Assembly (NCBI GenBank): GCA_004764695.1
Contig: SMSO01000037.1
Span: forward strand, 4,936,747-5,000,746
From: Schizochytrium sp. TIO01
Taxonomy: Eukaryota; Protista; Bigyra: Labyrinthulomycetes
DNA length: 64,000 nucleotides
Direction: 5' to 3'
The notes under the pieces are model-generated. The model worked only from the letters and a program-made list of their open reading frames with translations. It was not told where the DNA came from and ran no database searches. This document shows, piece by piece, positions 34,990-46,598 of the stretch. The number at the start of each line of letters is the position of its first letter. Position 1 is the stretch's first letter. The position numbers and the translations under genes are program-made.

Positions 34990-37900
34990 GTGCTCTCTCT
35001 GCGGAAGAAGTTCAAGCGTCAAAAACGACCTACATACCAAAACAACAATTCCGGGGGAGCACAACAACCCTTTCCTCAAAGGAATAAATGCTCACACTGT
35101 GGTTATTCAAATCATGCTGAGGCAAACTGCAAATTCTTGACAACAATTTGTCCTATCTGTAACCAAGTTGGACACAGACCCTCTGTTTGTCCAAGTAGAT
35201 CATCGCGACAACAAAAGTCGAACAACAAGCGTCAGCGTCATAATTCAACACCACCGTACAAAGGTCTCGCGTTACACAACGCTCCTTTTGATCAAGGACC
35301 TTTTCATGCCAATTTCAGTGTCAACCTTCTGACAATCAATCATCTAAAATCAGAACCGAAGTCAGCAGAGACAACCTCAGAAGGATTCCTACTAGATTCT
35401 GGATGCAATTTGCATGTCACACCAAATCTTGCATTACTTTCAAACTATGAGAACATTAATCCACTATCAATGGATGCAGCTCAAGGATCCTCAGTTCCGA
35501 TTTTAGGAAAAGGTACCCTGGAGGCACGAGTAAGATCAACGTCGGGTAGAATTGTTCCTTTAACACTTACAGTCTACTACGCACCTTCCCTTGCTCACAT
35601 ATTACTGTCGACGTCTATTATGACTCAGCAAGGATTCTCATTTTTCTTCTCACAAGATAGCGATCGTATGACCACTCCACATGGAGAAGTTATTACACTC
35701 GGTCAGCAATCTGACATCCCAATGCTTATCCCTGTAAAAGCACCCAAAGTTAACGCTCTGCAACTACGGAAAGCACAAAAACTCAGTTATAAAGGAATAG
35801 ATTGGCTAGAAGCTCACCTTAAATTAGGTCACGCTTCAATTCCACGCATAGCATCCTCCATAGGAGTTTCTGCATCACAAATCGACTTCTTATGCATGGA
35901 TTGTAAAGTTGCCAACTTTGAACGTATTCCAGTGACAAAAGGACCTCACACACCATATGCTAAGTCTCCTCGACAAGCTGTTACAGCTGATGTGATGGGA
36001 CCATTCCACGTTCTAGGCATCCCCAACAAGTTCAAATATGCCATAGTCTACAGAGATCTTTACTCAGACTTTACATATGTTTATCCTATACAATCCACTG
36101 ATCAAGTGTCCACGACCCTTCGTACCTTTGCTCAAGCATGGCTCCAAGGTAAAAACACCTCGCGCATCATCATTCGCACAGACGGAGCTAAATATTTTAC
36201 AGGCGGAGAGTTTGCAAGATCACTTCACACCATGCGGTGGGAACATAAACTATCTGCACCACACTCTCATGCTACAAATCCTGCTGAAGGCATCAATCGA
36301 GTACTAATGAATGGTCTTCGCTCCAATCTAAAAACTGCATTACTCGGAGCCAAATATTGGCCCTATGCTTTATCTCATGCTGTACATGTCAAGAATCGCA
36401 CAGCCTCCAGTCGCAATCGGAAATCTCCGTACGAACGACATTTTGGCAAAGCACCAGACTACAGCTACTTCCACATTTTTGGAGCACCATGTGCGTTCAA
36501 GAAGTTTCCCATTCCGCAAAAGTTGGGAGATAGGGGTGAACTAGGCATTTTCCTTGGATATGCTGATAGTTACACTCATGGAACTGTACATGTCTTACCT
36601 AAAGACAAGTCCAACATCCTTCAAACGCGTGAAGTCAAGATTTTCGATCAAGCATTGACTGAACAAACTCGTCAGCGTGCAATGTCAATAGAAACCGCTC
36701 TGACACCTGATCTAATTACTCATTGGACACGTGAAGAATCAAATAAACTAATTGATGGAGAAATGTATCAGGATCTACCTGCTTTATCCTCCACAGCTAA
36801 TAATACTAAATCTTTCCTCACTCCTAATACCCCAGAATATAATGACGACCGTGAATCCAATAGTGAACACGCTAGTCGTCCACATGATGGGACTCGAACC
36901 CATAATCCCCAGGTTTGCAACCTAGTGCATAAACCAATTATGCTTCATGGCCAAGCTATTTTTATAATGAGGAAGGTTGGACTTGAACCAACGACTCGAA
37001 CGGAGGTAAACAATGACGACCGTGAATCCAGTAGTGAACACGCTAGTCGTCTGGAGGCAAATCATCATGACCGTGAATCCAATAGTGAACACGCTAGTCA
37101 TTCGGAACCAAATCATAATGACCGTGAATCCAGTAGTGAACACGCTAGTCATCCGAAACTAAATCACAATGACCGTGAATCCAGTAGTGAACACGCTAGT
37201 CATCCGAAACTAAATCACAATGACCGTGAATCCAGTAGTGAACACGCTAGTCATCCGGAACTAAATCACAATGACCGTGAATCCAGTAGTGAACACGCTA
37301 GTCATCCGGAACAAAATCACAATGACCGTGAATCCAATAGTGAACACGTTAGTCATTCTGAGGTAAATAATGATGACCGTGAATCCAAAAGTGAACATGC
37401 TCGTGAAGACATGGAACTAGAACATAGTTCAGTCCATGCACACGATAGTCATCGGAGATCCAAAAGGACTCCCAAACCTCATGTACCACTAAATGTTGGT
37501 CCCAGTGCCAAAGGCGCTGCAAATAAATACCGATACTATACCAATCGTCTGAAACGAAAACGTAATATGACGAATACAGAGTTAGATTTCTCGGATATTA
37601 ATTCTCTATCAAAAGAAGAGAACTTACATGAACTAATCATTCCCACGATATATCCGAGGGAACAGGAATATTTTGCTTTTCTTATTAAAAACAACACAGA
37701 TAATAAACAATTACCTAAACCGGTCCCAAAACCATGTCCATATGACGACATTGTAGTTCCAAACACTTATAAAGAAATGCGGAAACTGCCTCAGGCATAT
37801 CAGCAACTATGGATCGCTGCTATGAATACTGAACATCACAATCTGCAGTCCGCTGGTGTTCTGGAAACTGTACCCTTACACACTTTACCACAGGGACAGA

Positions 37901-39296
37901 CTGTAATGGGAACTAGATGGGTCTATACAAAGAAGGCACCACCGGTCAATCTGTTAAAAGCACGGGTTGTAGTACAAGGCTACAATGAGGCCATTGAACA
38001 TGTTTATGATATATACTCACCAACAGTTAATGTTGAAAGCATTCGTGTTGCAACAATTATTGCTTTAACGAGAGGCTATGATGCTATCACCGTTGACGTA
38101 ACAGCCGCATTTCTAGAAGCACAAATTCCAGATGACGAATTCCTCTACATCAAAGGCATTGAAGGTCTTGACTTAGCAGAAGGTTATTGTTATCGTCTGC
38201 GTAAAAGTCTATATGGACTCAAAAGTGCCCCCCGTAGGTGGATGGATCATTTGACGGCTATATTAGAAAATTATGGCTTAACACGATCTATAACGGATGC
38301 ATCACTCTTCATTGGCAAAGATCTTCTAATGACTATCCATGTTGATGACATGAGAATCTTTGGCACACCCCAAGCACTAAAAGCGATTGTCAAAGAACTT
38401 GAACAAAATGTCGGCGTCAAAGTTAATCGTGAAAAACAATGCCATTATCTTAGTGATACACATGTCTATGACAAGTCACGAAAGATCTGTACCATCAGCC
38501 AACGCGAGTATTGTGGAAAAGCCCTTAGGCGATGTAATATGGAAAACTGCAATGGAGCTAAAACTCCATCCATCCTTAAAGAGTTAAGTGATCATCCTGA
38601 CGACTCTGTGAATGAACACTATCGTCCACTTGTTGGCACTCTAATGTATTTACTAAAAACTCGACCTGATATGGCATACACTTTACACCAACTTGCATGC
38701 CATGGTCAAAAGAATGGAGCGGAACATATGCAAGCTCTTAAACATGCATTCCGTTATGTCAAGGCCACAAAGGACAAAGTTCTAACACTCAAAGGCGTGG
38801 ATTCAGAGGCACAACTTGTTTTGAATGTCTATACAGATGCTTCTTTCAGCAAGGCACATGACAAACTTCGTCGTAGTGTTACAGGATATGTTGTTATGAT
38901 AAATGATAGTGCTGTTGTATGGAAAACAACCAAACAGTCTACAGTTGCAAGAAATACTCACGAAGCTGAACTAATTGCTGCAGTTGCAGGAGTTCTCAGA
39001 GCAGAATCCATTCGACAACTCTTAGCAGACATGAACATTTACATCAATGAAATACAGGTATATATAGATTGTCAAGCATTAGTAAACACAATCAAAAAGA
39101 AGAAGATAATATTACAAATGGTTATCTCGCAGTACAACTTGCAGTACTGATTCATCGAAGACAAAACCAATTACTCAAGGTACATCATGTTAAAGGCACA
39201 GAAAATATAGCTGATTTACTCACCAAACCACTTGCAGCACCATCTCATTGGAAACACGCGAGTCGCTTACTTGATGCTTCAGGTGCTGACGCGTGA
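34990..39296 (+). CDS. Copia polyprotein (zinc knuckles, protease, integrase, RT, RNase H) with a 1-nt frameshift near 39095 and no capsid domain
   Basis: CSHCGYSNHAEANC and CPICNQVGHRPSVC knuckles; LLDSGC protease; HLKLGH...CMDC, DVMGP/RTDG/AEGINR integrase; DVTAAFL, LYGLKSAPRRW, HVDD RT; YTDASF, EAEL. RNase H end ENIADLLTK lies in the 39069-39296 frame. Confidence 0.93.
36883..36952 (-). tRNA. tRNA-Cys(GCA)-like sequence, organelle/bacterial type, 3'-truncated, embedded antisense in copia pol
   Basis: Minus strand folds as GGCCATG-AA-GCAT-AATTGGTTT-ATGC-A-CTAGG-TTGCAAA-CCTGG-GGATT-ATGGG-TTCGAGT-CCCAT-CATG; the last three acceptor pairs are lost. Confidence 0.8.
36968..36997 (-). tRNA. 3' part of a second tRNA (variable loop, T-arm, acceptor 3' strand); identity unknown
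   Basis: Minus strand GAGTC-GTTGG-TTCAAGT-CCAAC-CTTCCTC-A, ending 15 nt upstream of the tRNA-Cys. Confidence 0.6.
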
Positions 39297-39308
39297 TTTG
39301 CGGGGGAG

Positions 39309-39505
39309 TATTGAAGTAATATACAGCTACTGTCTAACCTAACCTAACCTAACCTAACCAAGCTCTCCTATCCACACATTAACCTGCCTGTATGCAGACC
39401 TGAAACCCCGATAACTCATATATCATCCTCTTTCTCTTTCTCCTGAGTTCGTCATCCTTGTCAGACTACCTCTCCACGCTTCACAGCACAGGCTACTCTG
39501 CAATA
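39309..39505 (+). repeat. 3' LTR
   Basis: Preceded by PPT (GCGGGGGAG), followed by TSD AAACT. Confidence 0.97.
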
Positions 39506-40940
39506 AAACTCATGAATTGTCATGGACGATCCTTCGAGAATACGGCGAATATTGTGAAAGCTTGCTCGCGCAGCATGGGCCATGATAAAATGGCCAGGGC
39601 GATATATGAGACTCCATTGGGACAAAAGTCCATCTCCCATGGCGCTAGAGACGGCGCCCACGTCTGTACCAACGATTTCACGAAAAGGAGCAAAGATTGA
39701 TGAGTCGAGATCAAAGTAAACACCACCAAACTTAAGTAGAACTAGGTACCGCCAAAGGTCGATTTTGATTGCTCCCGTCTCGATAGTATCAAAGAGGGGC
39801 TTAAGCGGCTTGAATTCGGTTTTTTCCATGAACTGTTCTACAAGGTCATCGTCGAAAAAGTAAAAGTCCCATTCTTGATTCATGTGAAGAATCTCTCGAA
39901 TATGCATACAGACAGTGGTTGTGACATTTCGAAATCTGCTGGAGACAAACATGCGTCGCGGAATCTTGGCCACAGGCTTTTCCATGATAGCTGGGATGAA
40001 GAATGGAATTGTTATAGCATGGTGTGGGTTGCATTCAAGGCGATAAATGTTCGAGAAATCATTTGTAGAATTTTGCACGCTCCTTGAAACAGAGACTGAT
40101 TGATCCAGCGCCTCCTTTGCGGGCCTCGGGAGTGAATTTCTATCTTTAAAACGTTGATAGTAAATCTCCAACTCATCGAGTTCCCGTTGCACCAAAGCGT
40201 TGGATGGAAGTTCTGGCGAGGAACGAAACCGGTTTTTCAGGCGCACTATATCATGAATTGTACGTTCGGTCAAGTCCTCGGTCAGTGTCACATCGACATA
40301 AGTTTGAGTGGTGAATCCAGAGAGTGAATAGGACTGGAAAATGCCAACAATCAAAGTAACTTGAAGCAAAGCGCATACAAAGAACAGGATCAAAACCTTT
40401 GAGGTGCTTATCACGATGGTTTTTTGAGCACAGGCTGAGTTGGATTTGTTGCTGATGTTTTGCATCTTTCTACTCACCAACTTATCCAAAGGAGCTGTGG
40501 TCTGTTTGGAATGGCACCTTTGACAAGGCGGTAAGGTAAGCGCCCGTGTTGAGATCAAGTCACAACTATTCTGATAACCTAGACAACCAAAGGTGTTTGC
40601 TTCCCTGCCATTCACGGAATTGCATAAAGTGAGGAAACAAAAGTAAGGAACTAAGTACTGCCAGTGGTTATTAGTAGTAGAAATTTGCTACTATTATACA
40701 GAGGTACGCGCTCGTTGGTACCTAGGTCACCTACTACTAGTAGTATTATTTTAGCTTACCCAAGTAATGTTATTATTTTATTTTATTTTTTAACTCATTA
40801 CCTCTCTAGCTGCAGTGCGAAGGGCCATCAGTCAAACTACTCACTCTGTGGTGTTAGAAGTTTGGCAGACTCTATACAATCCCCATATCTAGTCCTATCC
40901 ACAAAGCTTGAGCTCAGCTGATTCAGGTCTTTTCGAACCA

Positions 40941-41096
40941 TATTGCAAGTTAGCACCAAGAGATAGAATAGATAGAGAGATGAAAAGAAAGAATAGTTAG
41001 CATTAGCCTTCAGGGACTGCTGACAAGGTCCATTGTCTAAGTCTAGGCTTTGGTCTTGTGTCTAACACATAGCTGTCCGACTGGTACACTTCAATA
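40941..41096 (-). mobile_element. Probable solo LTR of a related family (same termini, different interior)
   Basis: TATTGCAA...CTGACAAGG...TAGCTGT...ACTTCAATA; flanks AACCA/AATCA (1 mismatch). Confidence 0.55.
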
Positions 41097-43599
41097 AATC
41101 ACAAGAAAGTTAGATTGATAGGGGATGAGTGATTGTTTTCACTCGAATGTTTTACCCAAGTTAAAAGAATTATCTACTCTAACTAGGTGCAGCGTTGATT
41201 ATGAGTGGAAGTAATGGATCGTGTCATATTAGCTTTAAAGGGGATTCGAAATAGGAAATTGTCACAACAAGGATCATAATAGCACAATAAAACGAAGAAA
41301 AAAGGAGACTTGTTTAAAAAAAGAAAAAGACAAACAGAACAAACAGAATAAACAAACACATGAGATTCAAAATAGTAATTGAAAAATAACATAAGAATAT
41401 TAAAGTCAAATGTTTACTTTTTACAAGAGGATTTTATCTTTAAAGAAATAAAATATAAAATACAAAAAAGGAAAGCGTCACATTTTTGGAATATGCTCAG
41501 TCTTATTCTTGAAAATTTTGCAGCCTTCGTCGTCGACTTAATACTCTTGTTACCTGTATTTTCGCACTCAATATTAATTTATAGAGACGAAAAGCTCAGA
41601 GTATATAATTTTCTTTGTGCTCGCCAAACTCCATCAGTGATACCGTTTTCAAGCTTTTAAAAATCCAACTTATTACCTCTGTGGCTGTTCATTACTAGTG
41701 GTTGTTTTGGCTCAAGTACTTTTTTCCCTTAAACTTGGTACCTCTGAGAGTGGCTAATTACCAGAATTATCAAGTTGAATTAGGTAATTAAATTACCCTC
41801 TTCTTCCTATTCTTCTTCTTCTTCTAAATTTAATTAAATACTAGTGACAATAACAATAAAACTTCTTCAACAAATAAAGAAAAACAACAAAAATCCATTT
41901 TTAAATTAAGAAAACCCGTCTCAAAGTAATGGACCATTCATTACTTGGACTCTTCAGTACTGCAAACACGCCCGTCCTTTCCCTCCGCGCTATCAATTTG
42001 CTTTCAAGGCAATCAAAAGAACTACATCGTGGCTACCTCTGAATAATAAGAGTCAGTGGACAAATGGGGGTACGCGTACCCCATTTGTCCAGAGGTAGCA
42101 TTTCAGTACACTTTAGTACACTTTCCAACTTAAGACGAAGTATATCTTCTCAAAGCTCATACGCAAGTACACGTCTCCGCACAATATCTACTGTCATGAA
42201 CATCATTCCGAAACAAGAAAAGAAAAAGCAGATAGTGAAAGCAGAAGTGAGGTTACCTTCGACAAAAATGGTATGCACGAGTTTCTCAACTCTCGCTTGC
42301 CGCAGCAAAGATTAAGAGATAGGCCCATGAGAGAGTTTGATGCCCAGCATGGCGATTGTGCCGATCCAATGTTGGTGTGATCAAGCAGTATCCTGATTTG
42401 GATATCAGTGAGCTCTTCTGACCGAGCTGCGCACAGAAAATGAGCGAGGATAATTAGCAGGCAAAACTTCACACCTCGGGGAACCTCTTTAGCTTCACAA
42501 GTATGTGTACCTATTAGTATTTAGTGTATAAATACACAGAAAACCTCTTTCTGGGCTCCTGCAGGCTATCAGTCACCAAATTTTGCATAGATCACCGTCA
42601 GGGTGTTTTTTTTGTTTTTTTTTTTGTATGGGGACAACAGAAAAAGAACAGGCGTTGCACCAGAGACAAAAATCTGTTCAAGGCAAAGTCTGGAAAATAA
42701 AATAAAATTGTATGGATTCTGTATAATAGAGAATACATGATGTGTATATCCCCCCAAAAATTTATATTAAAAGTAGGTAGTTCTATTTTAAGTAATTGTA
42801 GATAAGGTTATCTCGGTCTCCCTCTGAGTAACACAGTTACTAAAACTCTCAGTGGAGAAAAGAGGGAATAGTTATAAGGTATGCATACTCTTTATATTCA
42901 ATTTTTGAATTTCATTTTCTATCTAATAAGAACTTTATATTTCTCTTACAACATACCACTGAGCTGAAGGTTCGCTATCTAGTCTTCTGTTGTGAGAACC
43001 TAGAAGCGGATACTCAAACATGGTGCAGCGTAAAACTAGTCGAGCCACTCATGCTAGCTGAATTGGAGGAGCTGGATGGTAAGCTCCAAAACCCAACTAT
43101 CTTCAAACAAGACCAAGGCAATGGATAGTCAAGCTCGTGTTGTAGATCCAAAACGTTCTCGAGTTGAAACGGTCGATCGAAATGTTGAAGAGTGAAGTGT
43201 ATTAGAACCTTTTCTGGATCAAATCGGGATCGAAGGAGATCTTAACGAGGAGACTGAACATATATGAGGGAGATGAACGAAGCGAAGAAAGACACAAAAA
43301 ACATCACGGATTATGAAAGGAAATTTATAGTTAAATGTATTGAAGAGGTTTCGCAAATCTCTAGCTCCGCGCAAGCTTGAAAACGATTTGATACGAGTAA
43401 TCTGATTAGAAATGTTGTCTATTCTGGCCCAGATGGCCTGCAGAAGCTGAGCAAGAGCTGTTGGACCATGGTACCCTGCTAAGTGGTTTCCTGAAATGAG
43501 AAATACTATCTAGTGTCCACGCTGTGAGATACAAGTTGATGTAGAAAATAGCACCTGGATGAAACCCAAACAAGCTAGAGTAGTAGTTTCTTTCGAAAG

Positions 43600-44600
43600 A
43601 ACATGGCTTCGACTTGGACGGGAGTCTAGATGTCCTAATGGCCAATGTGCCTATAGATTTAGAAATACTACGTCTGATTGCTCATCGCCAGATCTATTGC
43701 CTCCTGGTGCAAAACTTATCATTTTCCTGTTTTTTTGAATATACGCATTGGTGTTTCACGACTGTGGATTTTGTGCAAATATGTATAGTTGCGTATGATC
43801 TGCTGAAAGATGATTTTGGTCAGCTTGAGGTTGACTGTGAAGATGAAGGCAAGGGACTTGATGAAGGCTTAAAGAAGGCTGATTCAAGAGTTAGCGAATT
43901 GCTGTCTTGGAGAATGAATTCCAGGATAGATCGATTCATGTAGTAATTAAGGAGGTTAAGACATTCTTGAAAGGTGTTAGAGGTAATCGAGGGGGTTAGG
44001 TTAATTCAACCTCTACAACCATCGATTCAAGTTACACCAGGTTTGAGTGTAGGCAAGGTGTATTCACACGTCTAGTTCTTGAATCTGACAGCCACATGAA
44101 TCTGGCTGCCTACTCTTGCTCTATTGAAAACCTTATGTCCACTAGGGTGTCATTAAGGGACGCAAGAACTCTAGCAATGTCTTGTCCACTAGCTCCTTCG
44201 ATTGGAGATCTCAGCATGATCCGATGAAGGACTCTTCTGGGTCATGTTTCGAGGGTGGTCAAAGGTCGCTTGACGAAGTTCTGCACACCAAAACTGGCCT
44301 GGGCGAGTGGGAATTTGAATTTGTTGCTGGCAAGCAAGATAACTTTTATGATTGTGGGATCTACGTGGCGTGATGGCAAGGGAGAATGGTCTCTTCTCTA
44401 GAGGAGAAGTCCATGAGCTTGCTAAGAACATTGAGCTCTCCTCTGCCCCCCCATTGCGCACCTCATTCGATGGCCAAGTTACTGATTATTGGCAGTGTCG
44501 CAACCTACGCCGGGCACGCGACACTGCAAATATTAACTGTTGAAGATGTTTTGCAGGATACTGTCAACTTCTCCTAAATTGAAGATGCAAAGTCCTACGA
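43600..44600 (+). pseudogene. Decayed Ulp1/C48-like cysteine protease sequence, probably transposon-associated; partly repeated at 32211 and 33674
   Basis: Broken frames carry THWCFTTVDF...YD (~43743) and KQDNFYDCGIYV (~44332), matching the C48 His/Asp and QxNxxDCG motifs; stops and frameshifts lie between them. Confidence 0.5.
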
Positions 44601-46406
44601 AGAGATTATAGCCACATTCGCTATCAAGCTTTGAGTTAGTCAGACTTCAAGCCTTCAAGAGGACAATACATCTGTCTCACGTTGTCCGGGCTGACTCTGA
44701 CTCTGCCTTCTAATAACATAGTGTTCTCTTCATCCCATAGATATGTACTAGTACCATAAATTATAAACTACTTAACTTGTTCTTCCGAGTTCCCTAATAA
44801 CAAAGTAATATGTATACAAAACCCCTGAAGTGACTTATACGTACCCAAACCTTACCAATGAAGACTGGTACCGTGATGGGAATGTTGTACCTTCACGTGT
44901 GAATATTTGGGGGTCTTTGCAACCTCATTATTCCCACTAGGTGTAAATTTTATAAATCGTTAATAAATTTATTTCCAGTACAAGCGATAAGAAGGTGTGC
45001 TTCATATAGGACAACATTAAGATATAATTTATCTTTCAAATTCAAATTTCAACTGATATTTTTTTCTAAGAATTTAATGGTGATCGCTAGATACCAAGAT
45101 TCATTACATGAATCGTTGGTGCTGCTTTATAGCATTCATGACACTTGAATGCTTGGCAAGAAAGGCATACTTGGTCGTCATATCAAACACGTTGCATATT
45201 TCGTTCAAACATTTGCCACTGCCAGCACAATCATGTAAAGTTGCCCTATCTAGAGTGTCACGGCAGATAGGTAGGATTGGTGCTATGTCGCATTGTTTAC
45301 ATTCAACAAGAACAGGACTATTACGAAAAGGCTGATGACATTTATAATGAATTTTAAGCGAGTTATACACCATTGATAACATCATTTTTTTTCATCTAAG
45401 ACACAGTCTAAGGTACCACAAACATACCCGTTGCACGTATTACAAGAAATTCGAGTCGTTCCAGGTGGGACGTCACTCGGATACAGCTCGCACTCATTTT
45501 CTCTTATAAATGGACTCAAAGGTTTAAAGTTTGGTGATAGATTTCCAATGCTTTTTTTGGTGGGGTACCTTCAACTTTAAGAATCTGTATCAATTAACAT
45601 GGAACAAATAATACTATATTAATCAGGACAAAAAAAAATCTACTTGTTATTCATTTAAATGGAGTCAGAACCTGAACAAGTTTAGCAGTTATTTCGACGC
45701 ATGTAGGAGAAGCTTCCCAGTCAATACCACATGCTTCGCATAGTTCGTTTATAAGCTTTCCACAGTCTTTACAACCCAAGAGTCTGCGCGTTTTAAACAA
45801 TTAGGACAGGGTGGTGCTTTAAACACGAAGTTGCAGATCTTGCATACGGGGATAGGTTGTTAAAAAACCTTTTATCACAAACTACACAAAATTTGAATTC
45901 GCCGAGGAAAGTTTCTTAGCTGTAAAATTTTTTAGTCCCCTCAGGCCAAAGCTTGCTGAGAAACATGCTACATGACTTTTCTATATCTCTTAAGGCCAAC
46001 TTGCATAAATTGTTTCTTCTCTTAGAGCCAAACCTTATTCAGGAGCTTTTTTACATAACCTTGCTAGACCTCTCAGGGCCAATCTGCCCAACGTTTTTCT
46101 TATCTTAGGGCCAAACCTTGCTCAGGTGCTTTTGCATAGCATCTGCCTTATAACTGAAGGCCTGCCATTTGACAGACCCTGAGAAAGTGGCTCAAAATCC
46201 TACTTCCACATGCGTGTCAACCGACAGGCCCTAAGAGAGCGACCTTGTAAGACTAAAATTAGGTCTTTCTTGTGATTTAAGTTCTCCAATGTCAGCTGAC
46301 AGGCCTTAGAAGAGTAATTTCTCCTCACAAAATTGAACTTGTACTTACGGCTTACCCACCGTCAGACCGAACAAAAGTGAATTTCTGGCCAATTATTAAT
46401 TAAGCC

Positions 46407-46598
46407 TATTACAGATTAGCTTAGCGCGCAGAGGTAGGTTAACAATGATGATATTTATGTTATTGAAATTTCGGATCTTTTTGGATACAGACAAGATGAA
46501 TGTATCATGTTGAATCCAGTAGAGTGTTGGACAGAAGATTTAGGTCAAGTTAAGTTAAGTTAGGTTAGTTTAGCACCTAGCTGTATGTTACGTCAATA
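46407..46598 (-). mobile_element. Old solo LTR (same family), perfect TSD AAGCC
   Basis: TATTACAG...GCAGAGGTAG...GGATACAG.CA.GATGAATGTATCATG...TTAGGTTAG...CGTCAATA; AAGCC at 46402-46406 and 46599-46603. Confidence 0.8.

Larger units (their letters stand above)
36841..37403 (+). repeat. 51-bp (17-aa) coding tandem repeat, 9 copies, in the integrase-RT linker
   Basis: NDRESSSEHASHPxLNH units at 36841 (interrupted by a 120-nt insert) and 37012, 37063, 37114, 37165, 37216, 37267, 37318, 37369. Confidence 0.95.
34570..39505 (+). mobile_element. Ty1/copia LTR retrotransposon, 4936 bp, recently inserted, TSD AAACT
   Basis: Two 197-bp LTRs (34570-34766, 39309-39505) that read as identical; AAACT on both flanks; PBS at 34767; PPT GGGGGAG before the 3' LTR; PR-INT-RT-RH domain order. 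Confidence 0.98.
34121..40465 (-). pseudogene. GT32 (Och1/Sur1-like DXD) glycosyltransferase gene interrupted by the copia element; parts 40465-39506 and 34564-34121
   Basis: 5' part: type II membrane anchor, KIPRRMF, FFDD, IKIDLWRYLVLLKFGGVYFDLDS. Removing the element and one TSD joins ...MTIHEF|QQKKYISGPPALSLSF... in frame (467 aa) and restores the (T/S)GP motif. Confidence 0.9.

Noticed and set aside
36841-37403. CRISPR-like look of the 51-bp repeats (also the 44-bp repeats at 21300)
   Set aside because: Head-to-tail units without unique spacers, in frame within pol, eukaryotic context and no cas genes.
39090-39105. Programmed -1 frameshift in RNase H
   Set aside because: C-AAA-AAG is not a canonical slippery heptamer and the position is atypical; a 1-nt loss in an A-run (mutation or sequencing error) is simpler.
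42203-42472. Short ORF with a signal-peptide-like start
   Set aside because: Non-ATG start, and the apparent continuation contains stops; insufficient support for a gene.
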